Positions 1 through 10,771 of a DNA stretch of 64,000 nucleotides are shown here, in pieces. The stretch spans positions 32,001 to 96,000 of the forward strand of contig CAVVEU010000031.1 in assembly GCA_963747235.1 (NCBI GenBank), in the 5' to 3' direction. The notes under the pieces were generated by a model that worked only from the letters and a program-made list of their open reading frames with translations, was not told the origin of the DNA and searched no databases. A program made the position numbers and the translations under genes. The DNA is from an uncultured Candidatus Rokubacteria bacterium (lineage in GTDB: Bacteria > Methylomirabilota > Methylomirabilia > Rokubacteriales > CSP1-6). The stretch's first letter is position 1. Each line of letters begins with the position of its first letter.

Positions 1-393
1 CTGCGCGCGGAGGCCGAGCCGGCCGGCCTCGACGTCGTGCACCTGGTCGCGCCCACCTCCACCCCGGAGCGGATGCGCAAGATCGCGCGCGCCAGCCAGG
101 GCTTCATCTACATGGTCTCGCTCACCGGCGTCACCGGCGAGCGCAGCACGCTCGCGCCCGAGCTGGCCCAGCAGCTCCGCGCCCTGCGCAACATCACGAC
201 CAAGCCGATCTGCGTGGGCTTCGGCATCAGCACCCCGGAGCAGGCGGCCGAGGTCGGCCGTGCCGCCGACGGCGTCATCGTGGGCTCCGCCATCGTGCGC
301 CTCGTCGAGCGGTACGGTAGCTCGGCGGAGCTTCTCGCGCGCGTGGGCGATTTCATCGCCGCGCTGAAGGCGCCCCTTCGGAGCGTTTCGTGA
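1..393 (+). CDS. trpA: Tryptophan synthase alpha subunit (5'-truncated by window edge)
   Basis: LVAPTS, GFIYMVSLTGVTG, VGFGIST and ADGVIVGSAIV motifs. Confidence 0.95.
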   Translation: MRAEAEPAGLDVVHLVAPTSTPERMRKIARASQGFIYMVSLTGVTGERSTLAPELAQQLRALRNITTKPICVGFGISTPEQAAEVGRAADGVIVGSAIVRLVERYGSSAELLARVGDFIAALKAPLRSVS

Positions 394-448
394 TCACGGT
401 CGGATCCACCCGGAAGCCGGCTGTCGGTCGGATCCGCTTCTTTATTGA

Positions 449-517
449 ATGCGGGGGCCCAGACATGGCCCCCGCACTCCCCCAGTCCGCGGACATTCCG
501 CGTTCGGCGGACAACCG
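449..517. repeat. REP-like palindromic element, family A, copy 1
   Basis: Perfect 10-bp hairpin TGCGGGGGCC-cagacat-GGCCCCCGCA; 449-487 is identical to 20996-21034; also shares CGGCGGACAACCG. Confidence 0.85.
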
Positions 518-534
518 CCTGTGACCCGCTGACC

Positions 535-1401
535 ATGGCCTGGTTCTGGAAGAAGAAGGAAGCCGGCGAGGACGAGCGGCCGAAGAAGGTCGTCATCGCC
601 GAGGGCCTGTGGGTCAAGTGCGACTCCTGCAAGGAGATCGTGTATCGCGCCGAGGTGGAGCGCGCGGGCCGCGTCTGCCCCAAGTGCGGCTACCCGTTCC
701 GCATCTCCGCGCGCGAGCGCATCGCGCTGGTGGCCGACGACGGCTCCTTCGAGGAGCGCGAGACGGGGCTGCGCTCCAAGGATCCGCTCAACTTCAAGGA
801 CACCAAGAAGTACACCGACCGGCTGAAGGCCGCACGCGGCAAGACCGACGCGGGCGAGGCGGTGATCACCGGCACCGCGCGCATCGGCGGCTACCCGGTC
901 GCGATCGCGGTCTTCGAGTTCGCGTTCCTGGGCGGCAGCATGGCCTCGGTGGTGGGCGAGAAGCTCACGCGCACCATCGAGCTGGCCCTGCAGAAGCGCA
1001 TCCCGCTCCTCATCATCTCCGCCTCGGGCGGGGCGCGCATGCAGGAAGGCATCCTCTCGCTCATGCAGATGGCCAAGACGTCGGCCGCGCTCCAGCGCCT
1101 CGACGCGGAGCGGATTCCCTACATCTCGCTTCTCACCGATCCCACCACCGGTGGCGTGACGGCCAGCTTCGCGATGCTGGGCGATCTCATCCTGGCCGAG
1201 CCGCGCGCGCTCATCGGCTTCGCGGGGCCGCGGGTGATCGCGGAGACCATCCGCCAGCCGCTGCCCGACGGGTTCCAGCGCTCGGAGTTCCTGCTCGAGC
1301 ACGGCCAGCTCGACATGGTCGTGGAGCGGCGGGAGCTGCGGGCCACGCTCCGACGCATCCTCGCCTTCTTCGGCGGTCGCGCCCCCACGCCCACTCCATG
1401 A
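535..1401 (+). CDS. accD: Acetyl-CoA carboxylase carboxyltransferase beta subunit
   Basis: LWVKCDSC...CPKC zinc finger, GGSM, SGGARMQEG, DPTTGGV, GFAGPRVI; start taken at MAWFW. Confidence 0.95.
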   Translation: MAWFWKKKEAGEDERPKKVVIAEGLWVKCDSCKEIVYRAEVERAGRVCPKCGYPFRISARERIALVADDGSFEERETGLRSKDPLNFKDTKKYTDRLKAARGKTDAGEAVITGTARIGGYPVAIAVFEFAFLGGSMASVVGEKLTRTIELALQKRIPLLIISASGGARMQEGILSLMQMAKTSAALQRLDAERIPYISLLTDPTTGGVTASFAMLGDLILAEPRALIGFAGPRVIAETIRQPLPDGFQRSEFLLEHGQLDMVVERRELRATLRRILAFFGGRAPTPTP

Positions 1402-2690
1402 CGTATGCGGAGGCCGTGGCCCGCATCCTCGCGCTGCGCGGCGGGGAGCGGGCGGGCATGCGCCCCGGCCTCGAGCGCATCGAGGCGATCCTCGACGCCA
1501 TCGGGCGGCCCGAGCAGGCCTTCACCATCGCCCAGGTGGGCGGCACCAACGGCAAGGGCTCGATCTCGGCCATGCTCGCCGCGATCCTCCAGGCCGCGGG
1601 CCGCCGCGTGGGCCTCTACACCTCGCCGCACCTCGCCCACTACCGCGAGCGCATCCGGGTGGACGGCCGGCCGATCTCCGAGTCCGATTTCGTCGACGGC
1701 GTGGACGCCCTCGGCACGCTCATCACCCGGCTCGATCTCACGGTCTTCGAGGCGGGGACCGCGCTCGCGCTCGACCACTTCTGCCGCGAGCGGGTCGACG
1801 TCGCGGTCCTCGAGGTGGGCCTCGGGGGCCGGCTCGACGCCACCACGGTGGGCCGGCCGCGCGTGGTCGTTCTCGGGCCCATCGACTACGACCACCAGCA
1901 TGAGCTGGGCGACACCCTGACCCTCATCGCGGCCGAGAAAGCCGCCATCATCCGGAGCGGCGTGGCCTTCTCGGCGCGGCAGGATCCGGAAGCGGCGGCG
2001 GTCATCACCCGCCGCGCCGCGGAGACCGGGGTGCCGCTCTCGCTCGAGGGGCGCGACCTGCGTGTCACCCCGCTCGGCTTCACCCTCGAGGCCCAGCGGC
2101 TCGACCTGGAGGGGCCGGACTGGCAGATCCGCGACGTGGCCTGCGGGCTGCTGGGCGTCTACCAGCCGGGCAATGCCTTGCTCGCGGCCGCGGCGGCGCG
2201 GGCGCTGGGGGCGGACGAGGGCGCGATCCGTGCCGGCCTGCGCGGCGCCCGCTGGCCCGGGCGGTTCCAGATCTTCCGCCGCGACCCGCTCGTCATCCTC
2301 GACGGGGCCCACAACCCGGCGGGGGCCCGGGCCCTCGCGGCGTCCCTGCGCGCGTATTTCCCGGGGCGGCCCGTCACCTTCGTGATCGGCGTCCTGGCCG
2401 ACAAGGACGCGGGCGGGATCCTGGCCGCGCTCCGGCCGCTGGCCGCCCGCGTCATCCTGACCGCCTCCGCGAATCCGCGGGCGGCCCCGCCGGATGCGCT
2501 GGCGGCCCTGCTGCCCGCGGGCACGCGCGTGGCCACCGCGCGGTCGCCGCAGGCCGCGCTCGCCATGGCCATCGCGGAGGATCCGCACGGGATCGTGTGC
2601 GTGGCCGGCTCGCTCTCGCTGATCGGGGACGTCCTGGCCGCCGCGGACGACGGGCAGGATGTTCTTTTCACGGCCGGAGCCCGCTGCTAG
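1398..2690 (+). CDS. folC: Folylpolyglutamate synthase/dihydrofolate synthase
   Basis: GGTNGKGS, YTSPHL, EVGLGGRLDAT, WPGRFQ, LDGAHN; ATGA overlap with accD. Confidence 0.95.
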   Translation: MTYAEAVARILALRGGERAGMRPGLERIEAILDAIGRPEQAFTIAQVGGTNGKGSISAMLAAILQAAGRRVGLYTSPHLAHYRERIRVDGRPISESDFVDGVDALGTLITRLDLTVFEAGTALALDHFCRERVDVAVLEVGLGGRLDATTVGRPRVVVLGPIDYDHQHELGDTLTLIAAEKAAIIRSGVAFSARQDPEAAAVITRRAAETGVPLSLEGRDLRVTPLGFTLEAQRLDLEGPDWQIRDVACGLLGVYQPGNALLAAAAARALGADEGAIRAGLRGARWPGRFQIFRRDPLVILDGAHNPAGARALAASLRAYFPGRPVTFVIGVLADKDAGGILAALRPLAARVILTASANPRAAPPDALAALLPAGTRVATARSPQAALAMAIAEDPHGIVCVAGSLSLIGDVLAAADDGQDVLFTAGARC

Positions 2691-2701
2691 CATGGGCACT
2701 C

Positions 2702-4937
2702 ATGTCGGCCCCCCGGTCCCCCGTCCGCTCGATGTCCGGCCCTAGCGGCCTCACGCGCGGCGCCCGGATGGGCCTGCTCGCGATCCTGTTCGCGGCGGGG
2801 ACCTGCATCGGGCTCGCCGCCGGCCCGGCCTGGGCGCAGCCGGGCGGCGTGAAGGTCCGCGCGGGCGGCGAGGAAGCCACCGTGATCGCCGACCAGCTCC
2901 AGCAGGTGGGCGGCGCGACCGATCTGCTCATCGCGACCGGCAACGTGGAGATCATCCGGGGCCAGACCCGCCTGCTCGCCGACCGCGTGGAGCTCAATCG
3001 CGACACCGGCCAGGCGGTGGCCCAGGGCAAGGTGGTCTTCTACGACGGGCCGGACCGCCTCGTGGGCGAGCGCATCGACTACAACCTCAAGACCGGCACC
3101 GGGGTGGTCTACAAGGGCTCCGCGGTCTCGGCGCCGTTCTACCACCTCTCGGCCGAGCGGATGGACCGCGTCGGCGACAGCGTCTACGAGATGCGGCGCG
3201 GCGTGTTCACCACCTGCGAAGGCGACGACCCGCCGTGGTCGTTCCGGTTCGGCTCGGGCACCGCCGATCTCGACGACATCGTCTACGGGCGCGACGCCTC
3301 GTTCTGGGTGAAGGGCATCCCGGTGCTGCCGTGGGTGCCGTTCTTCGCGGCGGCCCTGCGGCGCGAGCGCCAGTCCGGCTTCCTCTTCCCGGAGTTCGGC
3401 CAGTCCTCGCGCAAGGGCGTCTTCTCGAGGGTCCCGTACTTCTGGGCGATCGACGACAGCCAGGACCTCACGGTCAGCCTCGACGCCTACAGCCGGCGCG
3501 GCGTCGGGCTCGAGGGCGACTACCGGTACGTGATGTCGCGCGAGCAGCGCGGCGAGCTGGCCGCTCTTTGGCGTCAACGAGTTCCTTCGCGACGATCCAC
3601 GGCTGGAGGAGAACCGCGGCTGGGCTTCGTTCCGCCACGACTGGCAGGTCACTCCTCGGCTGTCGTTCAAGGTCAACGCGAACGTCACCAGCGACGACCT
3701 CATCTTTCGCGACTACGGCAACCGGCTGGTGGATCGCGCCAACCAGCGGTCCGAGACGAACGTGTTCGTCACCCAGAACTGGGACGCCTGGAGCCTGGTC
3801 GGCAACGTGAAGTGGTACCAGGACCTCACCACCGCGCGGCCGATCGAGCTGCAGCGAGTGCCGGAGATCAAGCTGGTGGGCATCCGGCAGCCGGTGCCCG
3901 GTGTGCCCGGGCTGCTCTACGAGACCACCGCGAGCTTCGTGAACTTCATCCGCGACGTGGGTCCCGACGGCGTCCGGGCCGACTTCCACCCGCGACTCCT
4001 GATGCCGCTCCCGGTCGCGGGGCTGTTCACGGTCACGCCGTTCGCGGGCGGCCGGCTGACCTACTACGACGAGCGCGTGGTGGACCAGCGGATCACCCGC
4101 GTGGGTGTCCTCTCGGTGGAGGAGTCGGTCTACGATCCGCGCGTCCGCCGCCAGGTCGAGTGGGGCGTGGAGGCGGAGAGCCGCGTCTCCCGCGTCTACA
4201 CCAGCGACGGCGGCGGCGGGGTCGCCGCCTACCAGCACGTGATCGAGCCGCGGGTGCGGGTCATCCAGATCCGCGGTGTCGAGCAGAAGGACTTTCCGCA
4301 GTACGATCCGGGCGCGAGCACCGCCACCGGCATCGATCCCGGCTACGAGCGGCGTGTCGGCATCGATCGACTCGGCAAGGCCAACGAGATCACGTACTAC
4401 TTGACCAATTCACTGAACGCGAAGACGGTGTCGGGTCCGGACCAGCAGCCGGTGCGCTGGGAGATGATGCGCTTCACGGTGAGCCAGACCTTCAAGATGG
4501 ACCCGGTCTCCGAGCCCCTGAAGGATCTCTACGCCGATCTCACGGTCAGCCCCAACCAAAGAATCGGCTTCCACGCCGATGCCCGGTACAATGTGTACGA
4601 CCGGGGCCTGCGAGAGGCCAACGCGGATATTCGCCTCACGTATCCGCGCTTCGTGGTGGCGGTGGGTCCCCGTTTCAACGAGCAGGGCGAGAGCCGATAC
4701 GCGAAGGCGGAGGCGCTGGTGAAGGTGTTCAGCAACGTCGACGTCCGCGGCTCCACCGCCTGGGACGTCCTGAGAGGGCGGTCGATCGAGAATCGGGTCG
4801 GCGTGGACTGGCGCTTCAGCTGCTGGTCCATCATCGCCGAGTACGTGAACCGCAACGGCGGCGAGAGCGAGTTCCGCGCCTCGATCAACCTGCTGGGCCT
4901 GGGCCAGCTCGGCACCTCGGCCCGCCCGGGCTTCTGA
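2702..4937 (+). CDS. lptD: LPS-assembly protein LptD-like (frameshift near 3560)
   Basis: Signal peptide, OstA-like N-domain (ATGNV, ADRVE, FTTC), RERQSGFLFP, PYFWAI, beta-barrel C-terminus with CWSI. Confidence 0.85.
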
Positions 4938-6041
4938 TGATTCCCCAGATCGACCTCAAGCGGCAGCACGAGTCCCTGCGCGCCGAGCTGATGGCCGCGG
5001 CCGCGCGCGTGCTCGACTCCTGCCGCTTCATCCTGGGGCCCGAGGGGCAGGGGCTCGAGCGCGAGCTGGCCGAGCTCTGCGGGGCGCGCCACGGGGTGGG
5101 GACGGGCTCCGGCACCGACGCCCTGCTGCTCGCGCTCAAGGCGGTGGGGGTCAGGCCGGGCGACGAGGTCATCACCTCCGCGTTCTCCTTCGTCGCCTCC
5201 GCCACCACCATCGTGATGGCGGGCGCCACGCCGGTCTACGTGGACATCGAGCCGGACACGTTCAACCTGGATCCGGCCCGGGTGGAGCGCGCGATCACCT
5301 CGCGGACCCGCGCCGTCCTGCCGGTCTACCTCTACGGGCAGGTGGCGGCGATGGACGCCCTCGGCGATCTGGCCCGGGCGCGCGGCCTCGTGATCGTGGC
5401 CGACGCGGCGCAGGCGGTGGGCGCCTCCTACGCGGGCCGCCCGGTGGCCGCGTGGGCCGACGCCACCACGCTGTCGTTCTACCCGACCAAGAACCTGGGC
5501 GGCCTGCGGCGACGGCGGCATGGTGCTGACCACGCGCGACGACGTGGCCGAGCGCGTCCGGCTGCTCCGCGACCACGGCGCGCCGCGCCGGTACACGCAC
5601 GTCGAGCTGGGCGGCTGCAGCCGGCTCGACGAGCTGCAGGCCGCGCTGCTGCGCGTGAAGCTCACGCGCCTGGCCGGGTGGAACGAGCGGCGCCGCGCGA
5701 TCGCCCGGCACTACGACACCGCGCTCGCCGGCCTGCCGCTCACGCTGCCGGTGGAGCGGTCGCCCGCGCGCCACATCTACCATCAGTACACGGTGCGGTC
5801 GGCCAAGCGGGAGGCGCTCGCGGCGGCCCTGGCCGGGCTGGGTGTCGGCACGTCGATCCACTACCCGAGCACGATCCCCGCGCAGCCGCTCTTCTCGCAG
5901 CCGAACGCGGACCGCGACTTCCCGGTGGCCACCCAGGCCGCCGCCGAGGTGCTGTGCCTGCCGTGCTTCCCCGAGCTCCTGGATCCGGAGGTGGACCAGG
6001 TGGTGGACGCGATCAAGCGGGCGCTCGCCCAGGTGATGTGA
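4937..6041 (+). CDS. DegT/DnrJ/EryC1/StrS sugar aminotransferase (frameshift near 5500)
   Basis: SGTDAL, SFYPTKNLG (PLP lysine), GDGG, SRLDELQAA, YHQY. Confidence 0.9.
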
Positions 6042-6042
6042 G

Positions 6043-7365
6043 GTGACGTCGCTCGGCGCGCTCGGGTCCCGGCTCGAGGAGCGCCTGAAGAGCCGCGCCG
6101 CGACGGTGGGCGTGGTGGGCCTCGGGTACGTCGGGCTGCCGCTCGCGGTGGCCTTCGCGCGGGCCGGCTTTCAGGTCATCGGGGTGGACGCCGATCCCGC
6201 CCGCACCACGCTCCTGGCCGGCGGCCTGAGCCCGGTGGAGGACGTGCCCGCCGCGGAGCTGGCGCCGCTGGTGCAGAGCGGGCGCCTCGCGATCCACTCC
6301 GCCCCGGACGCGCTGGCCGAGGCCGACGCCATCGTGATCTGCGTGCCCACGCCGCTCGGGAAATCCAAGGAGCCCGACATCTCCTTCATCGTGGCGGCGG
6401 CCGACGGGGTGGCCCGCGTGCTGCGGCCCGGCACGCTCGTGGTGCTCGAGTCCACCACCTATCCCGGCACCACCGACGAGGTGCTGCTCCCGCGCATGAG
6501 CGCCCGCGGGCTCCGCGTCGGCGAGGAGTTCTTCCTCGGGTTCTCGCCGGAGCGCATCGATCCCGGCAACCAGACCTGGGGGCTCTCGCGCATCCCCAAG
6601 GTGGTGGGCGGCGTCACCCCGGTGTGCCGCCACCTGATCGAGACCCTGTACCGCCAGATCATCGACCGCGTCGTCCCGGTCTCCTCCACCCAGGTCGCGG
6701 AGATGGTGAAGCTCTTCGAGAACACCTTCCGCAGCGTCAACATCGCGCTGGTCAACGAGCTGGCCATCATGTGCCGCCGGCTCGGCATGTCGGTCTGGGA
6801 GGTGATCGGGGCGGCCGCCACCAAGCCGTTCGGGTTCATGGCCTTCTCCCCGGGGCCGGGCATCGGCGGCCACTGCCTGCCGAGCGACCCGCACTACCTC
6901 TCCTGGCGGACGCGCCTCGCCGGCTACGAGGCCAAGTTCATCGCCTTCGCCGACGAGATCAACGGCGGCATGCCGCGCTACGTGGTGCAGCTCGCCATCG
7001 ACGCCCTCAACGACCGGGCGAAGGCGGTGAAGGGCTCGCGCATCCTGGCGCTCGGGGTGGCCTACAAGGCGGGCGTCGGCGACATCCGCGATTCGCCCGC
7101 GCTCGAGATCATCGAGGACTTCCTGGCCCGCGGCGCGCAGCTCGAGTACGCCGATCCCCGGGTGCCGCAGATCCAGGTGGGCGGCCAGCTCCTCAAGAGC
7201 GTGGCGTGGGCGCAGGCCGATCTCGCCGCCTACGACCTCGTGGTGCTGCTCACCGCGCATCCCGAGTTCGAGCCGGCGCGGCTGGTCCGGGACGCGCGGC
7301 TCGTGCTGGACACGCGCAACGCCACCGGCGCGCTGGGAGACGTCCGTCACGTCATCAAGATCTGA
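6043..7365 (+). CDS. UDP-N-acetylhexosamine 6-dehydrogenase (WbpA/WecC family)
   Basis: GLGYVG, ICVPTP, LESTTYPGTT, SPERIDPGN, KLFENTFR, GPGIGGHC. Confidence 0.9.
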   Translation: MTSLGALGSRLEERLKSRAATVGVVGLGYVGLPLAVAFARAGFQVIGVDADPARTTLLAGGLSPVEDVPAAELAPLVQSGRLAIHSAPDALAEADAIVICVPTPLGKSKEPDISFIVAAADGVARVLRPGTLVVLESTTYPGTTDEVLLPRMSARGLRVGEEFFLGFSPERIDPGNQTWGLSRIPKVVGGVTPVCRHLIETLYRQIIDRVVPVSSTQVAEMVKLFENTFRSVNIALVNELAIMCRRLGMSVWEVIGAAATKPFGFMAFSPGPGIGGHCLPSDPHYLSWRTRLAGYEAKFIAFADEINGGMPRYVVQLAIDALNDRAKAVKGSRILALGVAYKAGVGDIRDSPALEIIEDFLARGAQLEYADPRVPQIQVGGQLLKSVAWAQADLAAYDLVVLLTAHPEFEPARLVRDARLVLDTRNATGALGDVRHVIKI

Positions 7366-7371
7366 GGCCTC

Positions 7372-8283
7372 GTGCGCCTCCTGATCGCCGCGCTCGTCTC
7401 GCTCCGCCCGCGGCAGTGGGTGAAGAACCTCTTCGTCTTCGCCGGCCTCATCTTCTCGCAGAACCTGTTCAGCCCGCTCGTCTGGCCGGCGCTGGGCGCG
7501 TTCCTGATCTTCTGCGCGCTCTCCGGAGCCATCTACGTCTTCAACGACGTGGCCGACGCGGAGAAGGACCGGCTGCATCCCGCGAAGCGCTACCGGCCCA
7601 TCGCGCGGGGCGCCCTGCCGGTGCCCGTCGCGCTGGGGCTCGGCATCGCGCTGCTGGTGGGCAGCCTCATCGCCGCCTTCTCCCTGTCGCTGGGCTTCGG
7701 GCTCGCGGCCGCCGCCTACGCGGCGCTCCTCACCGCCTACTCGGTGTGGCTCAAGCACCTGGTGATCCTCGACGTGCTCACGGTGGCCGCGGGCTTCGTG
7801 CTCCGCGCGGTGGCGGGCGCCGAGGCCATCGAGGTGGAGATCTCGGGCTGGCTCGTGATCTGCACGATCCTGGTCGCGCTCTTCCTGGCCCTGGGCAAGC
7901 GCCGGCACGAGTACCGGACGCTCAAGGGGGACGCGGCGGCGCATCGGCCCATCCTGGCCGAGTACAGCGAGAGCTTCCTCGACCAGATGGTGGCGGTGGT
8001 CACCGCGTCCACCGTGACCGCCTACGCGCTCTACACGATGTCGCCGGAGACGGTCGCCAAGTTCAACACGCGGCTCCTGCCGGTGACGCTGCCCTTCGTG
8101 CTCTACGGCGTCTTCCGGTATCTCTACCTGCTCTACCGCCGGGACATGGGCGGCAACCCCTCCGACCTCCTGCTCAACGACCGCGCGCTGCTCGTCAATA
8201 CCGGCCTCTGGATGCTGGCGCTCCTCGTCATCATCTACGGGCCGGTCTGGGGGCCCACGTGGCTCGCGCGATGGGCGCCGTGA
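7372..8283 (+). CDS. Polyprenyl-phosphate 5-phosphoribosyltransferase (UbiA superfamily, DPPR synthase-like)
   Basis: RPRQWVKN, YVFNDVAD, DRLHPAKRYRPIARG, LGKRRHE, FRYLYL; multi-TM. Confidence 0.88.
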   Translation: MRLLIAALVSLRPRQWVKNLFVFAGLIFSQNLFSPLVWPALGAFLIFCALSGAIYVFNDVADAEKDRLHPAKRYRPIARGALPVPVALGLGIALLVGSLIAAFSLSLGFGLAAAAYAALLTAYSVWLKHLVILDVLTVAAGFVLRAVAGAEAIEVEISGWLVICTILVALFLALGKRRHEYRTLKGDAAAHRPILAEYSESFLDQMVAVVTASTVTAYALYTMSPETVAKFNTRLLPVTLPFVLYGVFRYLYLLYRRDMGGNPSDLLLNDRALLVNTGLWMLALLVIIYGPVWGPTWLARWAP

Positions 8284-9621
8284 GCGAGCTGCCCCTGGAG
8301 GAGGTCGCGGGCTGGGGCCGCCATCCGGTGGGCACGCGCGCGGGTGGACCGGTCGGGCGAGCCGGCGCTGCCGCCGGGCGGCGAGCCGGTGATCGCGCGC
8401 GGCCTGGGCCGCGCCTACGGCGACGCGGCGATGCCGGCGGCGCCGGGCGGGCTCGTGGTGGAGTGCACGCGGGCCGATCGCATCCTGGGGTTCGACGGCG
8501 ACACCGGGCGCCTCACCTGCGAGGCGGGGCTGAGCCTCGCCGAGATCCTGCGCGTGTTCGTGCCGCGCGGCTGGTTTCCCCCGGTCACGCCCGGCACCAA
8601 GTTCGTCACGGTCGGGGCGTGCGTGGCCTGCGACGTCCACGGCAAGAACCACCACCGCGACGGCTCCTTCGGCAAGTTCGTCGAGCGTCTCGTGCTGGTC
8701 ACCGCGGACGGCCGGCGCGTGGCGTGCGGGCCCGCGCTCGAGCGCGAGCTCTTCCTCGCCACCGTGGGCGGCATGGGCCTCACCGGGCTCATCGTGGAGG
8801 TCACGCTGAGGCTCCGCCGGGTGGAGTCGCCGTGGATCGTGCTCGAGACGGTGGGCGTGGAGGGACTCGAGGCCATGCTGGCCGGGCTCAAGCGCAGCGC
8901 GGACGACTGGCCCTACACCGTCGGCTGGATCGACTGCCTGGCCCAGGGGAGCGCGGTCGGGCGCGGCATCCTCATGCGCGGGCGTCACGCCACCGCGATG
9001 GAGGCGGCCGGGCGCCGGCTGCCGCGCGGCCTGCCGCTCACCGTGCCGGTGGACGCGCCGGAGTGGCTGCTGAACCCGCTCTTCATGCGCTGGTTCAACT
9101 ACGGCTACTACCGGCTGCACGGCGGGACGCTCAAGCGGCGCGTGGTCTCCTGCGACCGCTTCTTCTACCCGCTCGACGCGGTGGGGCAGTGGAACCGGCT
9201 CTACGGCCGCCGCGGATTGCTCCAGTACCAGTGCGTGCTGCCGCGCGCGGCGGGCGCCGCGCCGCTCGCCACGATCCTCGACCGGCTGGGCACGGCCGGC
9301 GCGGCCTCGTTCCTGGCCGTGATCAAGGACTGCGGCCCCGCCTCCGACGCCTATCTCTCCTTCCCGATGGAAGGCACCACGCTGGCGCTCGACCTGGCGT
9401 ACCGCGGCGCGGCCTCCGAGGCCCTGATCCACGAGCTGAACGCGCTGGTGATCGCCCATGGCGGGCGCGTCTACCTCGCCAAGGACGCGGTGACGCGGGC
9501 CGAGGACTTCGCGCGCATGATGCCGCGCCTGGCCGAGTGGCGCGCGGTGCGCGACCGCTGGGATCCGGGCCATCGCTTCCGCTCCGCCCAGTCCGTCCGG
9601 CTCCTCGGGGACCGCGCGTGA
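8280..9621 (+). CDS. DprE1-like FAD-dependent polyprenylphosphoryl-ribose 2'-oxidase (frameshift near 8340)
   Basis: GWGR, ARGLGRAYGDAA, PVTPGTKFVTVG, DVHGKNHH, FFYPLD, WNRLYG, TLALD, GGRVYLAKD. Confidence 0.88.
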
Positions 9622-10355
9622 AGGTGGCCTTCGTCGGCGGGACCCGCGGCATGGGCCGCGCGCTGGCGCGGGCGCTCGCCGAGCGCGGCGACGCGCTCTT
9701 CCTGCTGGGCCGCGACGCGGCCGAGATGGCGCTGTCCGCGCGCGACCTGGAGGCGCGCGGGCCGCGCGCGCCGGTCGGCCACGCCCCGCTCGACCTCGGC
9801 CGGCCGGCCGGGTTCGCGGAGGCGCTCGACGCGGCCGATCGCGCCCTGGGCGGCCTCGACGCGCTCGTGGTGACCGGCGGCGCCTTCGGCCGGCAAGAGG
9901 ATCTGGCCGCCGACCCCGCGCGCCTGGCCGCGCTGCTCGAGGTCAACTTCACCGGCACGGTGCTGCTCTGCCAGCAGGCCGCCGTGCGATTGGCCGCGCG
10001 GGGCGGGGGACTCATCTGCGCGTTCAGCAGCGTGGCGGGCGACCGCGCCCGGCGCGGCAACTATCTCTACGGGGCGTCGAAGGCCGGGCTCTCGGTGTTC
10101 CTCGACGGCCTCGATCTGGCGTATCGCGAGCGCGGCGTGCGCGTGCTCTGCGTCAAGCCCGGCTTCGTCCGCACCGCGATGACCGCGGGGCTGCCCGTCC
10201 CGCCGTTCGCGGGCGAGCCGGAAGCGGTGGCCGCCGCGGTGGTGCGGGCCATGGACCGGGGCCGCCACCAGGTCTACGCCCCGGGCATCTGGCGGTGGAT
10301 CATGCTGGTCATCCGCGCGCTGCCGCGCGCCGTCCTGCGTCGCGTGCAGTTCTAG
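9618..10355 (+). CDS. DprE2-like SDR reductase
   Basis: GGTRGMG, SSVAGDRARRGNYLYGASKAG, VKPGFVRT; GTGA overlap with the dprE1-like gene. Confidence 0.85.
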   Translation: MKVAFVGGTRGMGRALARALAERGDALFLLGRDAAEMALSARDLEARGPRAPVGHAPLDLGRPAGFAEALDAADRALGGLDALVVTGGAFGRQEDLAADPARLAALLEVNFTGTVLLCQQAAVRLAARGGGLICAFSSVAGDRARRGNYLYGASKAGLSVFLDGLDLAYRERGVRVLCVKPGFVRTAMTAGLPVPPFAGEPEAVAAAVVRAMDRGRHQVYAPGIWRWIMLVIRALPRAVLRRVQF

Positions 10356-10394
10356 CGCCACTCCTCACGAAACTCTCCTACCGAAAGGGATCGC

Positions 10395-10760
10395 ATGCCG
10401 AAGATCTGGCGGGTCTACAGCGGCGCGGACGGGAAGTCGCATGTCGAGGAGATGCCGCTCGCCATGAAGCCCTTCACCGACACCGAGGGCGCGCACGGGG
10501 AAGGCACGCCGATGCAATCCGTCGCGGGCCTCGCGTTCCGCGTGGCCCCGCCCGGCTACGTGCTCGACTGGCACTGCGCGCCACGGCGGCAGTACTCGAT
10601 CACGCTCTCCGGGCAGGCGGAGATCGAGGTCGGCGACGGCACGGTGGTGCGCGTCGGGCCGGGCGACGTCCTGCTGGCCGAGGACCTCACCGGCCAGGGC
10701 CACGTCACCCGCGCGGTCGGGACGACGCCCCGCTTCTACGCGATCGTCCCGCTGGCCTAG
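10395..10760 (+). CDS. Cupin-fold protein
   Basis: DWHCAPRRQY, EIEVGDG, LAEDLTGQGH. Confidence 0.75.
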   Translation: MPKIWRVYSGADGKSHVEEMPLAMKPFTDTEGAHGEGTPMQSVAGLAFRVAPPGYVLDWHCAPRRQYSITLSGQAEIEVGDGTVVRVGPGDVLLAEDLTGQGHVTRAVGTTPRFYAIVPLA

Positions 10761-10771
10761 ACCGCGCCGCG

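Noticed and set aside
397-446. Terminator-like fold and CGGTCGGATCC repeat after trpA
   Set aside because: Weak, interrupted stem and short T-tract; insufficient support
2597-6046. LptD-aminotransferase fusion ORF
   Set aside because: Nonsense linker produced by a frameshift; these are separate genes with a TGATG overlap
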